In this document: piece after piece, positions 1 to 12,727 of the stretch
How positions within the stretch are numbered: the first letter of the stretch is position 1
How the letters are laid out: every line of letters begins with the position of its first letter
Assembly (NCBI GenBank): GCA_024626585.2
Contig: JANKJI020000002.1
Coordinates: 226,087,184 to 226,107,970, forward strand
Source of the DNA: Ginkgo biloba
Taxonomy: Eukaryota > Plantae > Ginkgophyta
Reading direction: 5' to 3'
Length of the DNA: 20,787 bases
The notes under the pieces: model-generated
Seen by the model: only the letters and a program-made list of their open reading frames with translations
Databases searched by the model: none
What the model was told of the DNA's origin: nothing
Translations under genes and position numbers: made by a program

Positions 1-976
1 ATGGTATTACAAATGGAACATAGAGAAAATATACTACACTTAAAAATTGATTTCTGTATGCACTTGAAATGGAAGATAGAAGAGCATGTGGACAAAATCC
101 CCATTGAAAAACATATGTTCACATGTAAAACCTTTCAATTCAATAAATAATATTTTTTGTTTAGTCATCTAAGACCACCCTAATACCAACACATACAAAA
201 GAAAAATATAAACATTCCCNNNNNNNNNNNNNNNNNNNNNNNNNNNNNNNNNNNNNNNNNNNNNNNNNNNCAATGGAAGCACAAATTAAAAAAAAAATCA
301 TTTAGAATACTAGAGATCCATTTACATTAAGGGTACAAATTTAGAATAAGAGAGGGCCTCATGAATTTAATCAAGATCTGAAAAGAAATGCACTTAACAT
401 CACACCACCAGGAAAAATATTGAACGAAAAAATTTCTTTACAGTTCCATTTCACTTTTAGGATGTAGTCCCATGTCTTCATATAAAAATTCCCATATACG
501 TGAAAAAATTCTCTAAAAAATTTGAATATTGGGTCTAAAAACTGTCCTCTATCTCATAGAAAAAACTCAACAAAGCTAAAAAATCTCCCCTTCTCCTCTT
601 CCTCCCAATATTATTTTCACATGCACACAATGGAAAAACATACAAACCTGTGGAAAATTCCTTTCTCCTTCCCAACCTTCCCTCCCCAAAAGGTCACTCT
701 CACACTTATGAAAAGGAGGCTCAAACATGTGGTAGAAGGTGCAACCAAGGGAGGGATACANNNNNNNNNNNNNNNNNNNNNNNNNNNNNNNNNNNNNNNN
801 NNNNNNNNNNNNNNNNNNNNNNNNNNNNNNNNNNNNAATTATATGTACTAAGGGAATTATAGTCAACCATTAACATGAATAATCAAAAGGAAAAACACCT
901 CCATGTGGAGGCTGCATCATCTACCACCCAAATTGTTCAAGGGGGATGGCCCCCATGCAACACTAACTATACCAAA

Positions 977-1400
977 AATCCTATTTCTCCCTCTCTCATT
1001 CTATTTGTATTGCCTATGCCATTCTAAAAATTTTGTAAATTCAATGGGTATATAGGTTCTGATCTCACTTCTCATGTTGATGCATTTACTATCACTTTTG
1101 AAAATTGTATGTATTAAGATGAGATAGTCTTGAGATGTTTCAATATGTCAATAGTGGGTGAGTCCCTCAGGTAGTTTTATTGACTTCCTAAAGGGTCTCT
1201 AGGAACCTTCCAATAATTAGTAGATTTTTTCATGTAATACTTTGATATGGCTAATCCTTTTAATACTGGCCTCAAGGTTTTGTTATCTTTTAAAAAAATA
1301 TTAGAGAAGTCAAATTTTAATTTTGTAAGGAGATTTAGGATGTTAGTACATGCTTATAAGATTCCCTTTATAGGTATAAAATTGTATGATGNNNNNNNNN
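977..1400 (+). mobile_element. Degenerate Ty3/Gypsy gag (Retrotrans_gag) remnant
   Basis: Manual translation PMPF*KFCKFNGYIGSDLTSHVDAF...IVLRCFNMSIVGESLR*FY*LPKGSLGTFQ*LVDFFM*YF...FVRRFRML fits the gag pattern PKFxKxxG..DP..H...F / LFxxSLxGxALxWFxxLPxGSIxxF; several in-frame stops. Ends are approximate. Confidence 0.75.
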
Positions 1401-3289
1401 NTATTTATGAATGCCTTATGATCACAAGTGCATCTAGAGTTTCTTAAAGCTAGACCAACCTCTTCTGAGGATGTCATAGATAAATTCCTTATTTATGAGG
1501 CATTTGAAATTCAAGCCATAATTAATACCTCTAAGCCTAGAGGAAGCTTGATTTCTAAAGGGAAACATGTTGTAAATGATGGGATTATAGATTCCATGAC
1601 TACATTTGAATTTTTAGATAGAATTATAGATTCCATCNNNNNNNNNNNNNNNNNNNNNNNNNNNNNNNNNNNNNNNNNNNNNNNNNNNNNNNNNNNNNNN
1701 NNNNNNNNNNNNNNNNNNNNNNNNNNNNNNNNNNNNNAATTATACTACTAATCCATGATAGATAATTGTTATTTCCATAGAGTATTATTTTCAACATTAT
1801 CATTTTTTATATGCTTATATCTATAAATAGTATACAATAAATTAAAACTAAAGCATAACAAACTATTAAATATAACACATAGAGAAATATGAAATATTCA
1901 TTAATAAGATGCATTCATAAATTAAAATATGAACTTGTCTTATATATAAACATGTATGGATGTTAATAACAACATACTGAATTGAAGAGAATGAAATTAT
2001 CATCTAATGTGAATTATAAAGTACAACAATGCATAGCAAACACACGATGCATAGAAAACTTTAAAATACAACAAAAACCCCAAAAAAACTATTTGAAATA
2101 TTAATGAATAAAAATATGAATTTTTGTTTTCAATTAAAGATTTATTCTTACAGACACAATGCCAAGTGAATTATAAAGCGTAGGATTATCATTTAGTTAG
2201 TATTAGAGAAAAATAAATGGCAATGCATAGCAAACTATAATATATAGAACTAGAAACACTAAAGAAAATGGACAAAGTATAGAAATAAAAATCCAAACAC
2301 AAAGCACAACATAATGTATAGAGAAAGATCCAAATAAAATTTTAAAAGAATACTTAGTGTTACTTTCATTTACACACTCACTCTTACACTTTGAAAATTT
2401 AAAATGACAACAAACCAACCATAAATTATCTTACAACTAAATGAATTGAAAAAAAAACATTGAGTAAAATTTGAACCTACATTCATAAATCATAAATACC
2501 TCTTAGGGGTAAATAGGCATACACTACCTACACATGCAGGCACATATAGCGTAAGATAAATATTGAATCTTTTAAATGAATACTAACTAACAACATTCTT
2601 ACATTAAACAAATGAAGACAATTACCTCCTCCCATTCATACAAATTAAATTATAATGGGAAAAAACCACCACTATAAAAATAGTAATAAGACGTAATGAT
2701 AGTAGCCCTTGATTACCATCTAAAATATATGAAAGAATAGATAGAATTGATTAATATACTTAATATTTACCAACTAATACTAAGAAAATGCTTTACGTAC
2801 GGTAGGAAATATTAGGTATGATCGCTATAACTTAAATTTTTCTTATCATTATTAAAAAACATGTTTATATTATTTCTTTAATTAAATGAATAATGAATGG
2901 TAACATATATTGACCATATTTTACATCCCAAAGAAATGTGCACATACCTTCCATTAAATACTTGCTACTAATAATATCACAATAGTAAAACCTTAACATT
3001 CGACTAATATTAAATTAAATGTTGAATATCTTAAACATCATTATAAATAGATAACTTTTTCTTAAGTCTAGTATTTTCACTAGTGGTTAATATCAAATAT
3101 TATTAATAAGAAAATATATTAGTATGCATACATGTGTCCCATTATTAGTTAGAGTGCCTTNNNNNNNNNNNNNNNNNNNNNNNNNNNNNNNNNNNNNNNN
3201 NNNNNNNNNNNNNNNNNNNNNNNNNNNNNNNNNNNNNNNNNNNNNNNNNNNNNNNNNNNNGGCCTTCCGCGTGACATCCTCTGCATTAG

Positions 3290-3301
3290 TGGTATCAGAG
3301 C
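3290..3301 (+). mobile_element. LTR-retrotransposon primer-binding site (initiator tRNA-Met)
   Basis: Exact TGGTATCAGAGC, the canonical plant PBS, preceded by an LTR-end-like segment running out of the N gap at 3260. Confidence 0.8.
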
Positions 3302-3334
3302 GGGCCTTCTGCCTTCCCCTCTGCGTCAGAAGAG

Positions 3335-3803
3335 CATACCATACCAACAGTAGGACACATTGGAATACATAAGACATATAAAAAAAAATAAGAAGTCATT
3401 TTTTTGGGTAGGAATGATGAAATAAATATAGAGGTCTATATCATAGTGCAATACTTGCCAAAGGAAGAAGGGAGAAACACTCAGATGCCTAGTCTCCTAT
3501 TACCCCTAAATATCCCATAAGGAAAATGACAAGAGATATCCATAGATTTTATAATAGGTATTTCAAACTCAAAAGGAAAAAATGTTATTTTCATAGTGGT
3601 CCACTGACTCACCAAATACACCCACTTTGAAACCATAAAAAAAAACATATATACCCCTAAATTAGTTGAAGTTTTTATGAAGAACATTTACTAACTACAT
3701 GGAATACCAAGAAAAATTATATGCGACCACGATCCCAAGTTCAGCAATTACTTCTAGTAGGAGTTATTTAGGTTAGTAGGACTAAATTCAATATTGATTC
3801 TTC
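3335..3803 (+). mobile_element. Degenerate Ty3/Gypsy integrase (HHCC zinc-binding plus rve core) remnant
   Basis: HTIPTVGHIGIHKTY...FFWVGM...CNTCQRKKGE...LLLPLNIP...EISIDFIIG...KNVIFIVVH*LTKYTHF...LHGIPRKIICDHDPKFS..F**ELFRLVG, with frameshifts and stops. Confidence 0.9.
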
Positions 3804-3839
3804 TCCAATATTATGTGACTTAACCTATTCAATCACTCT

Positions 3840-4501
3840 CTAAGAAGATTTATGTTCAAATGTCCCAAACTTAGAGGAATCAAGGCTATTGAAAAATATT
3901 TCAAGAGAAATAATACCTTTTAGAATATTAATTTTCTTTAGTTGGATGACCCTTTCCTCTATAAAGTCAGTAGTGTTTTCTTTAAAAATGTCTCCTATCT
4001 TGGATTCATCACCATATTTGTGAGAGTCATCCTTAACCAGATCTTCCATAAGACTTGTCATGGGATTATGGATCTAGGAACTAATTTCCCCTTTAGGTAT
4101 TGATTCTCTTGTACTAGGTCATTTTATTTGTCTTTCATAAGGCCATAAATGAAAGCTTCTACTACATGTGTACTAAGGAATTCTTCTTGTCTCCATAGAA
4201 ACCTTAATATTTAGTCATCATCCTCAAACACCTACTAGTGCTCGATATTATCCAGGGTTGAATCTCTAGTGACTATTTTAATTAGAGAGTCTTGGAGTGA
4301 ACTTCTTATTCCTGGCTTAAATAGGAATGTATAAACTTTTATGGAATTAGATAGTTGGTTCTTATCCCTAGGTTTATGATTTATAAAGAAGGCTTAAAAA
4401 TTCTCTAAGATTTTCCATACTCAAGTCCTATAAATCCTAAATCTTAGATGATTAGTTACACACCATTTTTTCACCTAATTGATCACCAACTTAAAGTGAT
4501 C
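3840..4501 (-). mobile_element. Degenerate Tat-type Ty3/Gypsy pol segment: archaeal-like RNase H (aRH) and following linker
   Basis: Minus frame from 4501: KLVIN*VKKWCVTNHLRFRIYRT*VWKILENF*AFFINHKPRDKNQLSNS (RNase HI-like C-terminal half), then VTRDSTLDNIEH**VFEDDD*ILRFL. Further on is IQLKKINILKGIISLEIFF (ORF 3840-4061). These linker motifs are recalled from conifer Gypsy pol proteins. Confidence 0.75.
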
Positions 4502-4634
4502 TAGTTCAGGTTTGATTCAGGACTATAAAAGGAGTCCTAACCCATCATAATTTTTCATAACATAAATTTTTGTCTTTTGTTATTTTAAAAGATGCCTTTC
4601 ATAAGTTTTTATGACGTCTTCACATAAGGTAGCA

Positions 4635-5245
4635 GATTATGCTAAGTGGCAAGATCTTATGACACCCTTGTTCCGACATAGTGTAACCAAAACAAACAAG
4701 AGTTTTAAGAAAAGGTTGCAAGGATAGAATCTCAAAGATCGAGCCACATGTTCAAATCTCGTGAGCCCGTAGACCCACATAATGTCACAATCATAAAAAG
4801 GGAACCTCAAAAGGGTCATAAGGATAGAACACATGAGATTATTCCATGTGTCCAAATCTTGTAGACCTAGATCCCGCACAATGTAACAAATACAAAAGGG
4901 AACTTCAAGAAAGGTCGTGAGGTTCAAAGCCAAGAGATCATGCCACGTGTTCAAATCAAGCAAGTTTGCAACATAACATAGTGCAAGGAAGTATGAAAAA
5001 TTTGGTGAGACCATAATACATGAGATCACACCACATGTTTAAATCTTGTGAGTTCACAGTTAACTTGGCACATATAAAAGGAAGGTAGCCTCATAAATAC
5101 TTTGGGGGTTCAAGTCTTTAGGATCACCCCATGTGGTAGGATATCATGCCCTCTTATCTCTGTAGATATTGAGAACCTCATAGTAGACCTAGTGAGTAAT
5201 GTGATTCTAAAGTGCACTAGATGATTCCACGTGTTTTAATCATGT
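4635..5245. repeat. Degenerate tandem array A, about 7 units of ~100 bp, core GATCATGCCACGTGTTCAAATC-like
   Basis: Cores start at 4635, 4737, 4837, 4936, 5024, 5122 and 5220 (spacings 102, 100, 99, 88, 98, 98). Flanking words such as aaaagggaac and aaggatagaa also recur. Confidence 0.75.
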
Positions 5246-5877
5246 GCCCCCACAGATCCACTGAAGAAGAGGATAAATGTGGAAAATGATGATGAAATCA
5301 GAATTTATGGTATTTTTTACATGGTAAGTATTCATGACATTTTCTCCTTGTGATAGTTGAAGTTGTTGGGGAGACTCCTAGCTTTCTAAATTATAGGAAG
5401 AGTGACTACAAAAGGAATAATTTTAGTGTTTGGGGGTTCAATTGGTCAGGTCCAATTTGCTGAGTAAATTCTAGTGTAACTTTCAATTCATTCCTCTGGT
5501 TTGAGTTCTTAGTGGAACATTCATAGAAGAGGGACATTGTATGCTGGGGGAGATGCTTATGATTTCAACAAGAAGATCTCTTATGAGTCTCTTTTCTTTA
5601 TACTAGGTAGCATCTTATAATTTATCCAGGTATTCATCTATAATACCTATTTTGTACCAAGAAGTTATTTTATAATATTGTATGTAAGAGGATTACTATT
5701 ATACACTCTGATTTCCAATCTCTTATGATACAACAAGCTCTATAATTCATGAATTGTGAATCCACTATCTTAATTTCAATTTCAAGCCATTTTATTTTTA
5801 AATTATGACCACCACTTGGGAATGTGTGGTTTCAAGTATCCTTATTTTTGTAAGTTAGTTAAAGTTGTTATAATCTT
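5135..5877 (-). repeat. Dispersed repeat copy 1 (probably LTR-derived), inverted homolog of 10681-11453
   Basis: The reverse complement shares colinear words with copy 2: cataatttaaaa, aattatagagctt, gagattggaaat, aatcctcttacata, ccaattgaacccc, ccttttgtagt, tcatgaatacttac, tagtgcactt, ttctcaat, atcctacc. Confidence 0.85.
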
Positions 5878-8800
5878 ACTTGTTGCACTAGAGGCATAAT
5901 TCTTGATGCAGGGCAGAATTTAGGAGCTTGATTTATAAGCTGCAAAGCAATCATAAGATCATGTATGTGTGTCATCTCAAAATGTTACATTAAGAGTCCA
6001 AGAACTCGAATGCACACTAAAGTCCTTTAATACATTTACTCTTTGGCACAATAAATGTTCAATAGAGAATACTTAAATGTGATTTGTGTATTTTCAAGTA
6101 TAAATATTTTGCAAATGCAATGTTTTAGTTTTTCTTCTTGTCATATTATTGTATACAACTCATATTCTAACATGGTGATGTCTTTTAACAGTTCTTGGAG
6201 GAATATTGTGAAAGGATCAAGGCAACCACCAAGGAAAACAAGGTAATCTTGGTTCCCACATAAATCATTAATTGTAGATTTGAATGGTCTGTTGTTTAGT
6301 CCTTTGTGAGATGTTAGGAAATGAGTGATAATGTCTTGAAAATATTACATTTGTATTTAATTTTCCTAGGCAAATTTTTGAATTGATAGCTGTGGTTTTC
6401 ATCTCAATAATCATTGTTGAATAACTTTTGTCATATGACAGATTAAGGTACTTTGTAATGATAAATTATGATCTAGTTGACTAATGGAAAAAATTCTTTT
6501 GAATTGCGGCAACATCACCATGTCTACAAATCCTACAATTTTTAATGTTTGNNNNNNNNNNNNNNNNNNNNNNNNNNNNNNNNNNNNNNNNNNNNNNNNN
6601 NNNNNNNNNNNNNNNNNNNNNNNNNNNNNNNNNNNNNNNNNNNNNNNNNNNATTATTTAATCTATGATATATGAGTTGTATGAGTGGAACTATAAATAAA
6701 TAATTGTAGATAATAGGTAGAAGGTATGGCTTTTTAGAATACTTTATAAGGTTTAAAATAGTGATGGAGTAAAGTGTCAAAATATCCACTCTTCCTCAAT
6801 GGATAAAACCACCACCAAGTTACTCACATGTTTCTTTTGAATATTATGATGTGTATCATGGTAATGCTATTATTGTTCTTAAGATAAAGAGAGATTATTA
6901 AGAAAAGTAGATCACAATAATGGTCAATAGTCATACCAAGTTTGAGTCANNNNNNNNNNNNNNNNNNNNNNNNNNNNNNNNNNNNTAATGAAGGCAAGAT
7001 GGGATTGAAACCATAGAAAGATGAAAAGGTGAAATATGAGTTAAAGCTTTTACAAAAGTATTATAAGGAAATAATACATAGGGGAAAAAAATTTCCTAAT
7101 TATAATGTTGGGAATTAACACATATGGAAATCATATGCTTAATTGTTCCATTGAGTCATTCAATAAACCCATATATAGAAGGAAAGAAAGTAATAAAATT
7201 ATTGGTAAATACCTAAAGAAAAAGTAATATCAACCATAACTTGAGAGGGAAATATTACATCATAATTGTAATAAATTTGGTAAGGATAGGAATGGTGACA
7301 AATGGATTTTGGTAAGAACCTTACAACTTCATTAGATTGTAATAAAGGAATAATGTTAACGTTAGACTATTAAGTAAGATATTATATAAATTAGTTTTGT
7401 GAGTGGAGATAGGAAAAGGGCAAATAATATCATATGTAACCATATTTAAAAGTGTAGATACAAGTATGAGTTTGACATTTCCTGTAGAAAATATCTTAGC
7501 AAATTTGAATGATTGACAAGGAGGTCACTAATAAACAAAGTGAGAAAGATCATGATGAGGATTAGAGAGGAAAAAAAAATGGAAATAGAGTTTCTAAAAA
7601 CCTTGTTGAAACCTAAATGACCATTCAAAGGATGAACTGGGAAGCTTATATATGCTTTCAAAATTATTTTTTGAGTTGGCTAGATTCAAGTCTAAAATAT
7701 ATGCCTTGAGTTTATTAATCGTCCATATTCTAGAATGGCTAGGAGTATATGCATTGGCCATGGATTAAATCTCTTAGTTATTAAGAGAATTCACCAAATC
7801 TTGAGTGATATGCCCATATAGGCTAATACCCAACATAATTAGAGTGCCTCATTTAGCTTTGTATTCCTTTTTCCTATATCATTAAGTGATGAAATTAACT
7901 TTGTGGTTTCCAAGCTACTAGCACTTGTTGACACCTCATTTTGGCACCTCAATCTGAGCTCATTAATAAAAAACTAGATAGTGAAAATGCCAAATCCAAC
8001 AACCCACCAAATCATGAGGATCTTCAAAATCTAAGTGAGTATTCATGATGTACCTTATTAATCAATGTGTAGGATTTAATAAAGTTACATTGATACTATA
8101 AATCTCCCATAAACACCTTTCATATAAACATATTTGAAGAGGGGAGTGTATAACTTATACCATTCAAACCATGGCTTTCATAGTAGTTCCTTCATATCTG
8201 ATAGATTTCTAAGCATCTACTTGATATTTTTCCATTATCATTTCTCCAGTACTCATAGGTTCCATCAAGGAGTAAATTTTCATCTTAGAACNNNNNNNNN
8301 NNNNNNNNNNNNNNNNNNNNNNNNNNNNNNNNNNNNNNNNNNNNNNNNNNNNNNNNNNNNNNNNNNNNNNNNNNNNNNNNNNNNNNNNNNNTCATCAGAA
8401 CCTATTAGAAGACATTTTCCATCTAAACTGAAAGTTTATGTCATGAAGGTTAATGTATTAATGAAAAATCACTTTCCTTCTCTGTTTAACATTTTAATAT
8501 TAGTTTTTTCTTGACAAAAATACAAATCATTAGTTAGATCACACAAAGAAACAAAAGGTAAGAGAAAATATACATTGTGGGCAACTAAAGACGAACGATT
8601 TTATCTCTCTCGAAGAAGCCACATGCAAAACCGCATAAAAAGAGAACACTAATATAGACAAATGAGATCGAATGATTTTGTATTATTATTTTGGGCCCAA
8701 AGAAGGTGGATTAGACTTAGTAGAGTTGCATTGTAACAAGTATGATAGAGATACCCAATTACTTGGGAGTGGCTCTCTAAATTATAATTGGGTGGAAAAA

Positions 8801-9190
8801 TAAGACATACAATTGCACAGTGGATATATGTGATTGAGAAATAATGTTGAGGAGTAGTTTGACATGAATTTGTGTACATAGGCATGGTCTATGAATGTGC
8901 ACAGTCATAAATATATCTCATGTTGAAGTAGTAATGCATAGGTAATGTGAAGCCACGAGTCTTACTTTCGATCAAAATAGAGCTACAACCAAAGCCATTG
9001 ATAGTGAATAACCATGGAGGTCTTGGTGATGAAGGAAAAATTCATAGGAGTGATATCCAAAATATTATGTGGATGTTGAATAGAACCTCAAACATGATAT
9101 TTTTCTTTGTAGGTTCATTTCAGTGCAAGATCTTGATGAAAGATACATACAATATTATACTTGTATGTGAATGATAATATGAAGTGCAAG

Positions 9191-9688
9191 TGTTAGGGAA
9201 TAAATTGCATTCTCCATTATGGTCGCCAAAATATTTTATTGGCAAGTACCAATTCCCTGATATGATACCTATTAAGAACACATTCAAAGGACTATTGGGT
9301 TATTTATGCAAAATATTCTTAATGTAAGAAGATGCATAAATAAATCATGAGAAACTAATAATAGTAGAAAGAGAACACATGATGAGAAGAAAATACCACT
9401 AAAAAATATCATCAAGAAGAATAATATTATATGCATGTAAGATATTCTCTATTTTTTCATGATGATCTTCAATAATGGAAATCTCGTTTCCTCCTCACGG
9501 AGAAATTAAATGAGGAAGGTGATAAAAGTTGTCAAATAATGAAAGATCCCACCTTTGTATCATTGTTTAAAAGGGGTATATATAGGATAACAATGGATAT
9601 AGAGGATAACCATAAGGTAATCATGATATTCCATAAGTTCATTGAGGGACATGCATGTGGTCATGATGTAAATAGTGATGCATAGGTT
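9191..9688 (-). mobile_element. Putative LTR fragment
   Basis: The TGTTAGGGAA terminus at 9191 reads ...CCCTAACA on the minus strand. A minus-strand TATA element (cctatatatacccc) lies near 9573-9586. A possible partner end, ttccctcaa, is near 10362-10370 beyond the gap. No PBS or target-site duplication was confirmed. Confidence 0.35.
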
Positions 9689-10680
9689 NNNNNNNNNNNN
9701 NNNNNNNNNNNNNNNNNNNNNNNNNNNNNNNNNNNNNNNNNNNNNNNNNNNNNNNNNNNNNNNNNNNNNNNNNNNNNNNNNNNNNNNNNNNNNNNNNNNN
9801 NNNNNNNNNNNNNNNNNNNNNNNNNNNNNNNNNNNNNNNNNNNNNNNNNNNNNNNNNNNNNNNNNNNNNNNNNNNNNNNNNNNNNNNNNNNNNNNNNNNN
9901 NNNNNNNNNNNNNNNNNNNNNNNNNNNNNNNNNNNNNNNNNNNNNNNNNNNNNNNNNNNNNNNNNNNNNNNNNNNNNNNNNNNNNNNNNNNNNNNNNNNN
10001 NNNNNNNNNNNNNNNNNNNNNNNNNNNNNNNNNNNNNNNNNNNNNNNNNNNNNNNNNNNNNNNNNNNNNNNNNNNNNNNNNNNNNNNNNNNNNNNNNNNN
10101 NNNNNNNNNNNNNNNNNNNNNNNNNNNNNNNNNNNNNNNNNNNNNNNNNNNNNNNNNNNNNNNNNNNNNNNNNNNNNNNNNNNNNNNNNNNNNNNNNNNN
10201 NNNNNNNNNNNNNNNNNNNNNNNNNNNNNNNNNNNNNNNNNNNNNNNNNNNNNNNNNNNNNNNNNNNNNNNNNNNNNNNNNNNNNNNNNNTTATTCATAA
10301 TAAAGAAAGAAAGGATGCCAGCACTCCATATAATCCTATAGGAATGGGTGCATAAACTATGTTCCCTCAAGATAATGATACTCTACCAACCAGTGAAGAG
10401 GATCAATATGAAGATAAGACTAGGAGGAAAGGTCACCTATAGACTATGTACTTTTATGGTGCAAAGTTAAGATTTGGGGCCAGTGCATGGGTGGATCTTC
10501 ATGCCCTTGACACAATAGTTTATATGTCCATATATAGATTAGATTTTTAGTGTACAAATAATATAATTGAGTATGAATCTATAATACTCAAATTATTAAA
10601 GGTAATAAAAATGAAGGTGGATCTTCTTCAGGTTATAAGGGAGTTTGTGATATACAACCCAAGAAGTTTACAATGGAAGA

Positions 10681-11453
10681 AAGATACTAAAATATTAACT
10701 AGCTCAGATGAATATAAGCTATCTCAATTTACACATTATCAAGTGGTGATCATAATTTAAAAGGAAATAAATAAATTTTTGAAATTAAAAATTGATATAG
10801 TGGAGTCACAGTCCATAAATTATAGAGCTTATTGTCTCATAAAGAGATTGGAAATTAGAGTGAAAAATAAGAATCCTCTTACATATGATATTATAAATGA
10901 GTGTTTGGTACATGATAAAAGTCACAGGATACTACCTGGAGAATTTGCAAGCTGATGCCTAGGATGAGAAAAAATGACTCACAAGAGAATTATTGGTTAA
11001 AGTTATCATCACCCTCTTGGTAATAAATGTATTTCTTCCTATATAGTTCTTACCTTTAGAGTAATACCGCACCAATAAATCAAACTAGAGGAATGATTAT
11101 ACTGCCAAATTAAACTAGCAAATTGAACTTGGCCAATTGAACCCCAAAATACGAGAATTTCTACCTTTTGTAGTTGCTCTTCCGAGAATTTGGAAAGCTA
11201 AGAGTCTGCCCAACAATTTCAACTGTCATGATGGAAAAATTTCATGAATACTTACATCATGATGAACTCCTGTAGAGTCTGGGCTTACCTCCCTTGGCCA
11301 TATTGGCTTAGTTACTGGCTCCTTCTTTGTATTTATGAGTGAACGTGATTTAAAAATGTGGAATCATATAGTGCACTTGGCACTCATATTGCTTGCTAGG
11401 TATACTCTAAGATTCTCAATGTCTATGAGGATAAGGTGGCACATGATCCTACC
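10681..11453 (+). repeat. Dispersed repeat copy 2, homolog of 5135-5877 in the opposite orientation; runs into the N gap at 11455
   Basis: Same colinear words as copy 1, with many transitions and small indels. Confidence 0.85.
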
Positions 11454-12727
11454 TNNNNNNNNNNNNNNNNNNNNNNNNNNNNNNNNNNNNNNNNNNNNNN
11501 NNNNNNNNNNNNNNNNNNNNNNNNNNNNNNNNNNNNNNNNNNNNNNNNNNNNNNTCGACTTCTCGATCTCAGTAATTCCCCTTTTGTCTTCAAAGTTAAA
11601 TTGTTATCCTATTTTTTTGTCATGTATCTTTCACTTGGCATTGAGCCATACCCCCCTAAAATCATACAAAACTATGTAATAAGTTTAAATAGTACTTCTT
11701 TATATTTTTCATATTTATTATTTTACCATAAGGCAACTATCCCTCATAAGTTGGAGGGTCTTTTGACCCCTTANNNNNNNNNNNNNNNNNNNNNNNNNNN
11801 NNNNNNNNNNNNNNTCTGAGTTGCAATAGTCAATCCTTATCCACTACAAGCCAATCAAGTGCTATAATATGACATCAACAACAATCTTACCATGGTAAAC
11901 ACATGTTATCCCAAAAAAAGGATTCCATAGTGAAAGGATACCCTTACCCTTTTGGATGTTGACTCTAAGAAGCATCTAAGGAATATAACATGAGGAGCAT
12001 GGTCTTTTTTAATAAAGTAAAGGATATTGTTAAAGAGAATGAAGATAAGAAGTAGTGGAAAAATTATAAAACACTTGAATTATATGTTATATTATAGGAT
12101 TATATGATTGAGCTTGCTTTAATATTTTTTTATAGGAAGTTAGAATGGAAAATGTAACCATAGCAGATTAGACAACTAAAAAAACTTGATACAAAGAATT
12201 GACTTAAACATAAGAATAAATAGGATGGTAATGGACTTCAAAATCATATTCGTAAAGATCAAGAACCTAATAGGAAATTTAAAAATTTATATCCTTCTTA
12301 GAAAAAGGTAGATTATAGTACCATAAATTGTTTCATGAATAATCCAAAAGCCATATAAATAGGCATGGATTTCAAACCATATCAAGGAAATCTTTCTTAG
12401 TGGAAATGGAATTTATCTCTAGGGAATATACATAGTGACTTATATAGGTAATATGATGAAGAATAGAATTAATAAATTTTCAAAAGAAGATACCACCTAA
12501 GTTGGTGTCTAAAAAATGTATGGGAAGAAAAAAAGGATGTGTAAAAGTAAAATCACCTAAGAAGTCATGGCATGTTTTATTTAGTTAAATATTGTGGAAT
12601 AAAAAAGGAACCAAATATCTTGAGAAANNNNNNNNNNNNNNNNNNNNNNNNNNNNNNNNNNNNNNNNNNNNNNNNNNNNNNNNNNNNNNNNNNNNNNNNN
12701 NNNNNNNNNNNNNNNNNNNNNNNNNNN

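Noticed and set aside
2009-2235. Short direct repeats gtgaattataaag (2009, 2166) and caatgcatagcaaac (2027, 2221)
   Set aside because: Real, but consistent with an old local duplication in AT-rich DNA; nothing functional is evident.
4637-5029. 130-aa minus-strand ORF
   Set aside because: It translates repeat array A, visible as recurring DLNTW/DLDTW; there is no protein-family motif.
5950-6250. Possible Gypsy RNase H remnant on the minus strand (LEYELYTII...KLKH)
   Set aside because: Weak similarity that needs several frameshifts.
6976-7640. Possible Copia gag zinc-knuckle remnant (HNCNKFG near 7258-7281)
   Set aside because: Too decayed; one partial motif is not enough.
7926-8150. LTR-start-like TGTTGACACC at 7926 and PPT-like GAAGAGGGGAG plus TGT at 8136-8149
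   Set aside because: Plausible retroelement edges, but no partner LTR or target-site duplication was found.
9639-10370. Long ORFs of 243 and 226 aa, and other X-containing ORFs
   Set aside because: They are open only because they read through N gaps.
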